Positions 8,268 to 17,429 of a stretch of DNA of 64,000 nt are shown piece after piece (position 1 is the first letter of the stretch; each line of letters starts with the position of its first letter). The notes under the pieces were generated by a model, which saw only the letters and a program-made list of their open reading frames with translations, did not search any database and was not told the origin of the DNA. The stretch covers positions 85,848-149,847 of the forward strand of contig JBMZXF010000001.1 in the NCBI GenBank assembly GCA_049627345.1, in the 5' to 3' direction. Both the position numbers and the translations under genes were made by a program. Origin of the DNA: Poseidonia sp. (GTDB taxonomy: Archaea > Thermoplasmatota > Poseidoniia > Poseidoniales > Poseidoniaceae).

Positions 8268-9506
8268 TCACACGATGGTGCCGTAGCCGATCAGGCGCCA
8301 GCGAGAGCCGATGCGACGTGAAAGTGAGATGCGTTGGCCTTTATCCGCACAAATGGGCAGACGCAAATCGAGGTCAGTCCTGCCTTTCTCCGCGTTTCGA
8401 GTCACACCCACCGAAGTGGCGGTGGCCACGTTGAGCATCAACATCTCGTTGTTGCGAAGCGGGTGAATCTTCTCGGGGGATTCACCGTCCCCAGCGACCA
8501 TGTGCTGCATCAGGTTGACCTCAATGGACACGCTGTTGTGAACTTCGGGGAGGTCGCCCTTGCGAGCGACGACCTGGCCAGAAAGGTTGTCCGAGGTCGT
8601 GATGGAGGGGTCGAGGAAGGTGGCCATGCCGCAAAGGCCTCCTGCGTGCATGGTGTCGAGGTTCAATCCACCACCTTGCATGCTGCTGACCACCGCTTCA
8701 ATGGGCTCCCAAATGGCCTTGTTGCCCTTCTCGATTTTTCGTCCGGGGCCGATGATGATCTCATCGCCTTCGGAGAACTCACCTTCCACGATGCTTCCGC
8801 CGATGACACCACCTCGAAGTTTGGTCGGGCGTGTACCAGGGCGGTTGATGTCAAAGGAACGAGCAACGTGCATGATGGATCGCTTGTCCTTGGACCGGTC
8901 GGGTGTTGGAATGGTGGCCTCAATGGCGTGGATGAGGATGTCGAGGTTCACATCGTGGTGCGCCGAAACGGGAATGATGGGTGCGTTCTCGGCGATGGTG
9001 CCTTTGAGGAAGGCTTTGATTTCAGCGTGAGATTCCATGGCTCGCTCCTTTGAGACCAGGTCGATCTTGTTCTGAACGATGACGATGTTCTCGATGCCGG
9101 CGATTTCCAGGGCCATGAGATGTTCTCGGGTTTGGGGTTGAGGGCAGGTTTCGTTGGCAGCCACCATCAACATGGCACCGTCCATGATGGAAGCCCCGGT
9201 GATCATGATGGCCATCAGTGTCTCGTGGCCGGGTGCATCAACGAAGGACACCACGCGCTCCAATTCACCCTCAACGTCATCGCCGCCATCCGGTCGCTTG
9301 CCCGTGGCGTAGTACTGGCCGCTGTCGTCTTTGTAGAACGCCGTGTCAGCGTAGCCGAGTTTGATCGAAATGCCTCGCTTTCGTTCTTCGGAATGGGTGT
9401 CGGTCCATACGCCGGACAGTGCTTGCGTCAGCGTGGTCTTCCCGTGGTCGACGTGACCGACCAGACCGATGTTGACCTCGGGTTGAGCGGGAAGCTTTCG
9501 TGCCAT
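8268..9506 (-). CDS. eif2g: Translation initiation factor 2 subunit gamma (a/eIF2-gamma)
   Basis: G1 GHVDHGKTTL, G3 DAPGHE, G4 NKID. 412 aa. The zinc-knuckle region is replaced, as in some archaea. Confidence 0.95.
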   Translation of the reverse strand: MARKLPAQPEVNIGLVGHVDHGKTTLTQALSGVWTDTHSEERKRGISIKLGYADTAFYKDDSGQYYATGKRPDGGDDVEGELERVVSFVDAPGHETLMAIMITGASIMDGAMLMVAANETCPQPQTREHLMALEIAGIENIVIVQNKIDLVSKERAMESHAEIKAFLKGTIAENAPIIPVSAHHDVNLDILIHAIEATIPTPDRSKDKRSIMHVARSFDINRPGTRPTKLRGGVIGGSIVEGEFSEGDEIIIGPGRKIEKGNKAIWEPIEAVVSSMQGGGLNLDTMHAGGLCGMATFLDPSITTSDNLSGQVVARKGDLPEVHNSVSIEVNLMQHMVAGDGESPEKIHPLRNNEMLMLNVATATSVGVTRNAEKGRTDLDLRLPICADKGQRISLSRRIGSRWRLIGYGTIV

Positions 9507-9545
9507 GCTTCCCCCTCCCTATGTCGTGCGATTGCCCTCTCGGGT

Positions 9546-10022
9546 TCACTCCGATGCTTCCTCGCCCTCAGCAGCGAGGATGGTGGCGAGTGGCTTCTTG
9601 CCGGCTTCGACCACTTTGAGGTTGATTTGACGGGTGTCTTGGGTGACCGTGTTGCCACGGAAGTTGCGTCGCTTTCGCAGGCCATCGGGCTTGTATCGGA
9701 ATCGCTTCTGTTCCCCGCTCTTCTTCTTGTTGACGATGACTTCGCCCTTGTATCCCGTCGACTGGGTGACGAGGATGGATTGGCGGTTACCTCCTTCGAG
9801 GTCTCGGCGCATGGGGGTGCCGGTCTTGTCGGAACCACCCGTGATTTCGAGTTTGTAGCCGGACAACGTCTTGTCGCCTTCGCCAACAAACAGGCCGTCG
9901 ACGACGTCGCCGATGCGCTTTCCGAGCATCTGGGCGTGGTTGTTGCCGGTGATTTTCAGAGCGTAGGACTTGCCGCCGTTCTTGGCGTCGGTGTCGTTGA
10001 CGACTGCGATGAATTCTGCCAT
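9546..10022 (-). CDS. rps6e: 30S ribosomal protein S6e
   Basis: N-terminal FIAVVNDTDAKNGGKSYALKI...GYKLEITGGSDKTGTPMR matches the S6e pattern. A GAGGTG Shine-Dalgarno is present. Confidence 0.9.
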   Translation of the reverse strand: MAEFIAVVNDTDAKNGGKSYALKITGNNHAQMLGKRIGDVVDGLFVGEGDKTLSGYKLEITGGSDKTGTPMRRDLEGGNRQSILVTQSTGYKGEVIVNKKKSGEQKRFRYKPDGLRKRRNFRGNTVTQDTRQINLKVVEAGKKPLATILAAEGEEASE

Positions 10023-10095
10023 GGTAGCACCTCTCGGGATTTGTCCGACAAAAGACCCGTATTTAGCCCCATCGTCTGCCTCATCGCCGCCAAGG

Positions 10096-11295
10096 TCAGC
10101 GAAGTCGCTTCGGGAGGAGCAGTTCGAGACGGCTGGCGATGTCGGCCGGGAGGAAGTGCGGCATGCTCAGGTGCGTTGTTCGCCCCCGCCCCCCCGGCAC
10201 GGTGGCCACGCGGGTGGCAATGATTCCCTCTTGCTCGATGAGTTTAGCGTATTTCCAGAGCGTGGTGTGGCTTTTCGGCTTCTGTTCGTACTCCTCGCAG
10301 ACCACGGCGTAAAGCCGCTCAACATCGCCCATCGTCATGCTTTCCTCCGTCCGGAGGCGCCTGCACATGGCGAGCAGCACCAGCATGCCTTGCGGTGCGA
10401 GGTCATCCACCACTTCCAAGCGAGCGCTGGTGTCAAGGGCGACGTTGTCGTTCATGGCGTGGACGTCCTCCGCGCTGATGAGGCGTTCCGAGTGCTTGTC
10501 CTGGCGGAATTCGCATCGCTCAGCCGCAGCGCTCAGGTATTCGATCACACGGCGGGCATCACCGCTCGGTGCGGCTCGTTCGGCGAGCAGGCGAACGGTG
10601 GCTTCGGTGTACGTTCCCGGAACCAGCGCCAATTCAGCTCGCTGCAGGGCAATGGCTTCGAGGCCATCCACGCTGTAGGGTGGGATGCGAAGGTGATTGG
10701 ACTGACCGAACTTGGAAATGACGGCGGTCTCGAGAACGTCGAGCACCTGCTCCTGGCTGATGAGCATCAGGGAAATCGTTCCCGTTCCCTCTTGGTCTTC
10801 ATCGATGCGGAGCAACTGGTAGAGCAACTCATCCCCGGACCGACGCAGCATGTGGTCCACTTCGTCCAGCACCACGATGAGGTGGGTTGAGGTTCGGCGC
10901 AGCATCTTTCGCAGGCTGAGCAGCATTTCACCGAGCGAGAGGCCTCGGTCGGGATGCCCAGGGTCAAACTGGTGAAGAATGCGTTGCGCCACCCGCATGC
11001 TGGTGGAGGCGTTCCGGCAGTTGATGTGCGCCACCTTGAGTTCACGCTTTCCAGCGAGATGTCGCTGCAGGTCCCTGCAGAAGGTCTTGGCGAGCACCGT
11101 TTTTCCGCTGCCCACCGGCCCGGTGATCACCGCTCGTGCGGCCCCTTCGGGTGAGGCCACGTTGGAGAATTTTGACGCCAACTCACGCTGGATGTCCTCT
11201 CGGCCCACCAGTTCATCAGGGACGTAGTCAAAATCCAACATCTCTGGATGGGCGATGATGAGCCCAGCGCCGATGCGGTCAAGATAGTCCACCAT
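10096..11295 (-). CDS. cdc6: Orc1/Cdc6 replication initiator
   Basis: YVPDELVGREDIQREL lead-in, Walker A GPVGSGKTVLAK, Walker B LIVVLDEVD, and a C-terminal winged helix. 399 aa. Confidence 0.9.
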   Translation of the reverse strand: MVDYLDRIGAGLIIAHPEMLDFDYVPDELVGREDIQRELASKFSNVASPEGAARAVITGPVGSGKTVLAKTFCRDLQRHLAGKRELKVAHINCRNASTSMRVAQRILHQFDPGHPDRGLSLGEMLLSLRKMLRRTSTHLIVVLDEVDHMLRRSGDELLYQLLRIDEDQEGTGTISLMLISQEQVLDVLETAVISKFGQSNHLRIPPYSVDGLEAIALQRAELALVPGTYTEATVRLLAERAAPSGDARRVIEYLSAAAERCEFRQDKHSERLISAEDVHAMNDNVALDTSARLEVVDDLAPQGMLVLLAMCRRLRTEESMTMGDVERLYAVVCEEYEQKPKSHTTLWKYAKLIEQEGIIATRVATVPGGRGRTTHLSMPHFLPADIASRLELLLPKRLR

Positions 11296-11384
11296 ATCAA
11301 GGGAATGCTGATGTCAACCGTTCTAAAAGATGTGGTCTCGAAACGGGCGCACCGCTCGCCTTTTCCACGCCGTAGCCCGGTGAA

Positions 11385-12494
11385 TCAGGGGATTTCGTCG
11401 AACTGGTAGCCCGTCTCCCACTGCTTCTCACCCAAGGCCACTTCGAGTTCGAAGGGCGTGATGAGCGGTTTGCGGTACTTGACGGCATCATCGATGGCGA
11501 TGCGGGGGCAAGCGGTGTTGACAAAGGCGTCAACGGGGTAGAAGTCGATGAGTTCGGGTCCCACGTGTTCGAGCGCCAGCAGGTAGCCTTTCTTGCCGTG
11601 CTTCGCCAGCATCCGCTTCATTCGGAGTGCAAGGGTGCGGCGCATTTGACCTGGTTTTTCTCCGATGAGGATGCCAAAGGAGTTGGCGTCCTGAACGCTC
11701 ATGATGAGGCCGAAGCGCTGACGAAGGATGCGTTCAATGCGTTGGAGCGACATCTCCTCCGCATCACCGGTGTAGGGGTCGAGCATGGCCAACGGTTTAC
11801 CGGTGTGGAGCACGAGGCCGATGGGGTGGAAATCCCCGCTTCCGAGGAAGAGGTAGTGGCCGATGGATGGGTCGTCTCCGGAGTAATTGCAACCCAAGAC
11901 CTGACCGGGGAAGGAAAGGCGAGCACCGCCGATGGGAATGGTGACATCAAAGCCGGCCTTCTCCAAACGGTCGTGGAATTCGGGCAGCAGGTGAAGGTGC
12001 TGAATGGAACCGACAAGGCCAAGTTTGGTGTCGGTGAGCGGCGCCATTCGGCCCACGGCGTCCATGAACTTCTCCTGTGCTTCTTCCTCCGTCAAGTCGG
12101 TGGTTTGGCTTTGGTCGGCCAGACGTGCTTGAGCCATGGTGCGGTGCTGTTCAAGCCAGGGAAGGACGGGGCTGAGTTCGGGGTCGCCGTCGTAGGTGAC
12201 GTTGATGAATTGCGTGGGCATACCGGAATCGATGTTCATCTGAGAATGACCCATGTGAGCGACCAATTCCACGCCCATGAGCTGCATCTTGTCGTGCACG
12301 AGGTCGCACGCACCGTAGCAAGGGTCAGCGGCCAAGACGACTTGGGCGCTGGTTTCTGTTTCGATGGTGTCCATCATTTCGAGGGCCTGCATTTTGAGAC
12401 CTTCAGGCACCTGAAGGGCAATCAGACGGTTGTCGTTGGCGCGAATGCGCTCCATCAACTCATCCAGTTCGAAGTCGTGGCGGTCAAGGTCCAT
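11385..12494 (-). CDS. dph2: Diphthamide biosynthesis protein Dph2 (2-(3-amino-3-carboxypropyl)histidine synthase)
   Basis: ALQVPEGLK motif and conserved Cys positions. I chose ATG 12494 because GAGGTGA lies 8 nt upstream; the track's GTG at 12506 sits inside that Shine-Dalgarno. Confidence 0.85.
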   Translation of the reverse strand: MDLDRHDFELDELMERIRANDNRLIALQVPEGLKMQALEMMDTIETETSAQVVLAADPCYGACDLVHDKMQLMGVELVAHMGHSQMNIDSGMPTQFINVTYDGDPELSPVLPWLEQHRTMAQARLADQSQTTDLTEEEAQEKFMDAVGRMAPLTDTKLGLVGSIQHLHLLPEFHDRLEKAGFDVTIPIGGARLSFPGQVLGCNYSGDDPSIGHYLFLGSGDFHPIGLVLHTGKPLAMLDPYTGDAEEMSLQRIERILRQRFGLIMSVQDANSFGILIGEKPGQMRRTLALRMKRMLAKHGKKGYLLALEHVGPELIDFYPVDAFVNTACPRIAIDDAVKYRKPLITPFELEVALGEKQWETGYQFDEIP

Positions 12495-12574
12495 GTTTCC
12501 CCTCACCTCAACGGCGGCGCCTCTCCCTCATGAAGCCACCCATTGGACGGATGCGTCCCGGGTGGTTGGTGTTT

Positions 12575-13153
12575 TCATTGATCGTCAAGGAGCACCACTT
12601 GGTCGCCGTCCATCTCCAGGCGAACCAAGGACTGGATGCGAATGTCGGGGTAGAGCCCTTGCAGGCGACGCAACCCGCCATCTTTCTCCACCACGGCGAT
12701 GATTTCGGTTACCTCGGCCCCCGCTCTTCGGACGCCTTCAATCACGGCCTCGAGGGTGCCACCGGTTGAGAGCACGTCATCGAGAATGGCCACTCGTTCG
12801 CCCTGCTGCAGGTCGTTGAGGTACATGGCGCCCTTGGAGTAGCCCGTAGACTGGTCGATTTCCACTTCACCATCAAGTCCGTAGGAACGCTTTCGAGCGA
12901 TGACAAGCGGAATGCCCGTGGCCATGGACAACGGAGCCGTCAGGGGCAGGCCCATGGCTTCAATCCCGAGCAGGATGTCCACGCCGGACCAATCGACGCG
13001 GCCAACAACGAGTTCGGTGATGGCCGTCAACACCTCGGGGTTCATCCTGGGGACGCCGTCGGTGACGGGATGGATAAAGTACGGATAATCGCCTTTCCAG
13101 ATGACCGGTGCTGCTTGGAGGCTGGCACGGAGTTGTTCCATGGCGTCAGGCAT
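12575..13153 (-). CDS. Purine phosphoribosyltransferase (archaeal Hpt/Apt family)
   Basis: PRPP-binding loop VAILDDVLSTGGTLEA, and N-terminal YPYFIHPVTDGVP typical of archaeal HGPRT-like enzymes. I trimmed the start to ATG 13153 because the upstream part of the track ORF overlaps the neighbouring gene. Confidence 0.7.
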   Translation of the reverse strand: MPDAMEQLRASLQAAPVIWKGDYPYFIHPVTDGVPRMNPEVLTAITELVVGRVDWSGVDILLGIEAMGLPLTAPLSMATGIPLVIARKRSYGLDGEVEIDQSTGYSKGAMYLNDLQQGERVAILDDVLSTGGTLEAVIEGVRRAGAEVTEIIAVVEKDGGLRRLQGLYPDIRIQSLVRLEMDGDQVVLLDDQ

Positions 13154-13218
13154 GGAATTCCGTAGGGGTGTGAGTTCATCATCCTTCGGGAGGAGGATAC
13201 CACGCAACAGCCGCTCGC

Positions 13219-13644
13219 TCAAAGTTCGGCGAGGTATTCGACGTATTCGTCGTGTTCCATGAGGTTCTCGAGGAGCTGCTTGTCGTCGGGGTTGAGTTGC
13301 AACTCGTGAGGTTCGAGGAGAATGATCCAACCGTCGTTGTAGGCGGAATCGTTGACCAGGTCAGGGTTGATCTCCACTTCGCCGTTCACGTCGGAAATCA
13401 CGCCAGAGAACGGCGAGGTCAACGAGATCTTCTCGTCGGCGGTCCAAAGCGAGAACAGGCTGCCGCCCTCGTCGATTTCGGTTTCTGCTTGCGGCAATAT
13501 CACGCGTAGCACGTCGCCAATTTCAACACGGAGAAATTCACTCACGCCAATCATGAGCTTCTGGTCTTTCTGCTGGAACCAAAGGTGGTCCATCGAGTAT
13601 TTTCGGTCTTGAGCAATCACAAATTCAATGATGTCGTCATCCAT
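13219..13644 (-). CDS. Glycine-cleavage H-protein-like (lipoyl/biotinyl-domain) protein
   Basis: HLWFQQKDQKLMIGVSEF...SPFSGVISDVNGEVEINPDLVNDSAYNDGWI follows the GcvH pattern. The Lys appears shifted relative to the canonical ESVKA. Confidence 0.6.
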   Translation of the reverse strand: MDDDIIEFVIAQDRKYSMDHLWFQQKDQKLMIGVSEFLRVEIGDVLRVILPQAETEIDEGGSLFSLWTADEKISLTSPFSGVISDVNGEVEINPDLVNDSAYNDGWIILLEPHELQLNPDDKQLLENLMEHDEYVEYLAEL

Positions 13645-13762
13645 CGTCGCTGCCTCATCCCGCGGCTTTCACGGGTGGTATATGAACACTAAGGAAAAAA
13701 ATGTAATTTTTCCGAATCAAACGGGTTAAGAGACTCCTCATGTTGGGAGATTTGGTGAGCGC

Positions 13763-14932
13763 ATGAACTTCGGTGAAACCGACGAACAACAGATGATTCG
13801 AGAATTGGTGAGAGACTTCGCTGAAACGGTGCTTGCGCCTACGGTGGAACATCGAGACCAGAACCAAATTCCGCCTTCCGAAGAATGGCAGGCCTTCCTC
13901 GAATACGGTCTTCACGGCATCACGATTCCCGAAGCCTACGGTGGTTCGCCCATCGATGACGTGTCCGAGGCGATCATCATCGAAGAGTTGGCGCGGGTCG
14001 ACCCGTCCTTTGCCGTCATGTACTGTGTCCACGTTGGTCTGTGTTCCATGACCATTGCACTTCACGGTGATGAACATCAGAAGTCAACCTTCCTCCCCCG
14101 CCTTGCAGCAGGCGAAGTAGGCGCCTACTCACTTTCGGAGGCCGGTGCCGGAACCGACGCTGCTGCCATGTCCTGCAAAGCCAAACTCTCCGACGACGGT
14201 ACGCATTACATCCTCAACGGCGAAAAGATGTGGGTCACCAACGGCGCACAAGCGCAAATCATCGTTCTGTTCGCCAAAGACGTTGACCACCCCGACTACG
14301 GGACAAAGAAGCACGGCGGCACCACGGCGTTCATCGTTGATGCTGCTTACGAAGGGTTCTCCGTCGGAAAGAAGGAGGACAAGTTGGGTATTCGCTCGTC
14401 GGACACGTGCACGCTCGTGCTTAACAACTGCAAAGTGCCGATTGAAAACGCCATCAAAGGCGTCGGCAACGGGTTCCCCATCGCCATGAACGCCCTCGAC
14501 AACAGCCGCATTGGCATCGCCGCGCAGGCGTTGGGCATCGCTCAGGGCGCGTACGAGTCGGCGCTCCAGTACGCCCACGAGCGCGAGGCCTTCGGCAAGC
14601 CCATCGCTTACCATCAGATGATCATGGCCTACCTCGCCGACATGGCGACGCAAATCGAGGCTGCTCGTCTGCTGGTGTACAAGGCGGCTTGGACCAAGGA
14701 ACAACACTACCACGCCGATGGTCCACGGCACTCCAAGGAGGCCAGCATGGCCAAGTTGTTCGCTGGCGACACCGCCATGTGGGTGTCGGAACGAGCCATT
14801 CAGGTGCTTGGCGGCTACGGCTACACCAAGGAATTCCCCGTTGAGCGCTTCTTCCGTGATGCAAAGATCACGCAGATTTACGAGGGCACACAAGAGGTGC
14901 AGCGCATCGTGATCGCTCGTGCGTTGAAGTGA
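13763..14932 (+). CDS. Acyl-CoA dehydrogenase (short/medium-chain type)
   Basis: ACAD signature 1 YSLSEAGAGTDAAAM and signature 2 QVLGGYGYTKEFPVERFFRDAKITQIYEGTQEVQ. 389 aa. Confidence 0.9.
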   Translation: MNFGETDEQQMIRELVRDFAETVLAPTVEHRDQNQIPPSEEWQAFLEYGLHGITIPEAYGGSPIDDVSEAIIIEELARVDPSFAVMYCVHVGLCSMTIALHGDEHQKSTFLPRLAAGEVGAYSLSEAGAGTDAAAMSCKAKLSDDGTHYILNGEKMWVTNGAQAQIIVLFAKDVDHPDYGTKKHGGTTAFIVDAAYEGFSVGKKEDKLGIRSSDTCTLVLNNCKVPIENAIKGVGNGFPIAMNALDNSRIGIAAQALGIAQGAYESALQYAHEREAFGKPIAYHQMIMAYLADMATQIEAARLLVYKAAWTKEQHYHADGPRHSKEASMAKLFAGDTAMWVSERAIQVLGGYGYTKEFPVERFFRDAKITQIYEGTQEVQRIVIARALK

Positions 14933-15988
14933 TCACGCTTCTAAACAAATCAACTGCTTGAGGGCGACGTCCCAGTCGTGAGGCTTGACAACCACGTCGT
15001 AACTTTGGCCAACCGTCGGTGGGTTTTCTGTTGGCTTGAGCATCATGCGGAACGTGGTGCCCTCTCCCGTCGTGCAGTGGGCCGTGAAACCGTTTCGGTA
15101 CTCGCCAACCCCGAGCAGCGTGCGAGAAATGGATTGAACGATGGCGGAGACACCGTAGGTTGCCGATTCCCCGATGACCGTTTGGGCCTCACTGCGCAAC
15201 TTCATGGATTCAAGATGAGCCACGAAGGATTCGAAGCCGTCCGCGACAGGTTCCGAGGGGGTTTCATGCACCTCAACCTGTGCGGGCGCCTCCTCGAGCT
15301 GCTCAACCACCGGTTCCACCGGCGCTGGCAACACGGTGAACGCGTGCGTATCGAGGCGAGCGCCAAGATGACGAAGTTCTGCGGTGTAGTTGCCCGCTTC
15401 ATCCAGTTCGATGACGAATTCATCGAAATCGGGTCGGTCCATGTCGACGTTGGGTGTGAGTGAGGCGTGGATTTCCTGCCTTGTGGCGTTGTCAAACACG
15501 GAGAATTCGTAGGCCACAACTTCAACGTTGAACGACACCGAAACGGAGATCTGTTGACCTGTTTCGTAGGTGTCTTCGAGGATACCGATGGCACCGGTAA
15601 CCTCCACCTTTTCCTCGAACAATTCATCAGGGAACTCCATGCCACTGGCGGCCAAAAACGCCATCCAGTCCCGAATCGGAATGCCGTCGTTGAGGTTGGC
15701 GTTGACGAAGGAAAAGACCAGTTCAACCACCCATTCCGGCGGGCGCTCTCCGGTCATTTTTCCGAGCAGCGTAGCGAATTCGTCGCCCGAGATGAAACCG
15801 TCCTTGTTGGTGTCGAGTTCCTCGGTAAGTTTCACCGGCGACATAGAAGAGTCGGCCAACCATTTCTTGAAATTGTTGTTGAGCAGACCTGCCATGGTGT
15901 TGTTGCGAGTGATGCCTTCGACCCGTCGGTTGATGGCGGCTGCTCGCTGCATGAAGTTCTCTTTGTCGCGGAATTCCACGGTCGCCAT
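14933..15988 (-). CDS. EF-hand calcium-binding-motif protein with an uncharacterised C-terminal domain
   Basis: A canonical 12-residue EF loop DTNKDGFISGDE is encoded at 15779-15814, followed by a degenerate second loop NANLNDGIPIRD. The remaining 230 or so aa have no motif I recognise. Confidence 0.55.
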   Translation of the reverse strand: MATVEFRDKENFMQRAAAINRRVEGITRNNTMAGLLNNNFKKWLADSSMSPVKLTEELDTNKDGFISGDEFATLLGKMTGERPPEWVVELVFSFVNANLNDGIPIRDWMAFLAASGMEFPDELFEEKVEVTGAIGILEDTYETGQQISVSVSFNVEVVAYEFSVFDNATRQEIHASLTPNVDMDRPDFDEFVIELDEAGNYTAELRHLGARLDTHAFTVLPAPVEPVVEQLEEAPAQVEVHETPSEPVADGFESFVAHLESMKLRSEAQTVIGESATYGVSAIVQSISRTLLGVGEYRNGFTAHCTTGEGTTFRMMLKPTENPPTVGQSYDVVVKPHDWDVALKQLICLEA

Positions 15989-16031
15989 GGAACGCCGATA
16001 CCCTCAGCGCACATGAAATTGATGCCGACCA

Positions 16032-17396
16032 TCAAGGGAACGAGGGGGTTGGCCAGTCTTCTGCAGCACCGTGTTCGTAGGGCGTACGAATAAGAAGGGC
16101 TTCCATGCCTTCAATGGTGGTCACCTCCTCCTCGATTTGGCGTCGATGCAACCATTGCTTCAACCGTCCCAAGCGCATCCCTTGGCCAATGTTCGTGCGC
16201 GCCATGAGCCAGTGCCCGTCCACCAAACAGGGCACGGGTTCGCTCCTTGGTCCCACGGCACGCCAGCGCTTTTTGACCTCAGCAACGGTGGCGGTTTCTG
16301 GTCGCAGCCCAGTGTGCACTCGAATCACGTGTTCTGACAAACATTCCAGGGTCAGCAGGTGTGCTTCTGCCTGGGTCGTGAGGGCATGGCTGAATACACG
16401 GAGGGCTGCCGTATCGCTCGTGGGCAGGTGGCCCAGGACTTCATGGAAGGCGGCCGTGGAACGCTGAAGTTCGTTGGAGGCCCGCAGGCTTTTCAGCTGC
16501 TGAACCGCTTCTTTCGTTGGGTGTTCAACCATCATCAAAGCGAGGCGCTGGTGAAGATGAAGCCGTTGAAGTCGGTCATCGTCCAACACGTTGAGCAGAG
16601 CGGTGTTCATCACGATGAGTTGCTCAAAGACATGACGCAGGACGCCCCCGTCCTGCATGGCCTCGAGAACAGCTCCTGGCTTTGGTCCGGCAAGGATCTT
16701 CTTGACTTCCATCCACCGTCGTTCGATCGCCACCATGCCCAGGCGGGTGGCGTGGCGAGCGATGGCCTGCTCAAGTTCAGCGTCCATGGCCCACAGAGGG
16801 CCGCTGTCCCGCCGCCTAAACCGGTAGGCTCGGAGGATTCGGAGTGCATCTTCCTCGCAGCGTTGACCGGCATCGCCGACCGCTCGGACCAGGCGCCGTT
16901 GGAGGTCAGCCACTCCGTTGTACGGGTCGTACAGTCGGCGTCGAGCGACATCGACGGCCATGCTGTTGAAGGTGAAGTCCCTTCGGCTCAAATCCTCCTT
17001 CAACGAACGGCCCCAATTGACGACATCAGGGCGTCGTCCGTCCCGGTAGAGCGATTCGGTGCGGAGGGTGGTCACTTCGTAATGCTGACCTTGTCCCTTC
17101 ACCGTGATGGTGCCAAAATCGATGCCCGTGGGAATGGCTTGCTCGCCGAAGAGTTCCATCATGCGGTCAGGCGTGCAGGTGGTGCACACGTCAATGTCCG
17201 GGGCCGCCTCGCCAAGCCATGCATCACGAACGCAACCGCCGACCAGCCATGCGCCTTCGCCTGCCTCGGCAAGGGTTTGCAGCAGGCGCAGTAAATCATC
17301 CGGGAGGCTCGCCAACCATCGTGCGACGGGAGGTGGGCAAGGTGCGCCATCCATGTCGGCCTCGAGGCCTTCCTGAAGAGCGTCGGTCCCTTCCAT
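16032..17396 (-). CDS. Class II (bacterial/eukaryotic-type) tRNA nucleotidyltransferase / poly(A) polymerase family protein
   Basis: LVGGCVRDAWLGE...DIDVCT head motif, plus RDFTFNSMAV and LRILRAYRF. I trimmed the start to ATG 17396, which has GGTGA 4 nt upstream. The 109-aa track extension has odd composition. Confidence 0.8.
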   Translation of the reverse strand: MEGTDALQEGLEADMDGAPCPPPVARWLASLPDDLLRLLQTLAEAGEGAWLVGGCVRDAWLGEAAPDIDVCTTCTPDRMMELFGEQAIPTGIDFGTITVKGQGQHYEVTTLRTESLYRDGRRPDVVNWGRSLKEDLSRRDFTFNSMAVDVARRRLYDPYNGVADLQRRLVRAVGDAGQRCEEDALRILRAYRFRRRDSGPLWAMDAELEQAIARHATRLGMVAIERRWMEVKKILAGPKPGAVLEAMQDGGVLRHVFEQLIVMNTALLNVLDDDRLQRLHLHQRLALMMVEHPTKEAVQQLKSLRASNELQRSTAAFHEVLGHLPTSDTAALRVFSHALTTQAEAHLLTLECLSEHVIRVHTGLRPETATVAEVKKRWRAVGPRSEPVPCLVDGHWLMARTNIGQGMRLGRLKQWLHRRQIEEEVTTIEGMEALLIRTPYEHGAAEDWPTPSFP

Positions 17397-17429
17397 GCGT
17401 TCACCCTTGGTGGTTGTGGCGCACGGGGC

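Noticed and set aside
9120-10223. 367-aa plus-strand ORF spanning the eIF2-gamma, S6e and orc1 loci
   Set aside because: It is antisense to three strongly supported genes and crosses their intergenic gaps. It has low-complexity Gly/Val/Ala/Asp composition.
10023-11384. Replication origin (ORB/mini-ORB repeats plus an AT-rich DUE) flanking orc1/cdc6
   Set aside because: The short flanking spacers (10023-10095 and 11296-11384) contain no repeated elements or marked AT-rich stretch that I can see. The origin is probably elsewhere.
11565-12533. 322-aa ORF antisense to dph2
   Set aside because: It is antisense to a motif-supported gene. It has no Shine-Dalgarno and a His/Val/Gly-rich shadow-frame composition.
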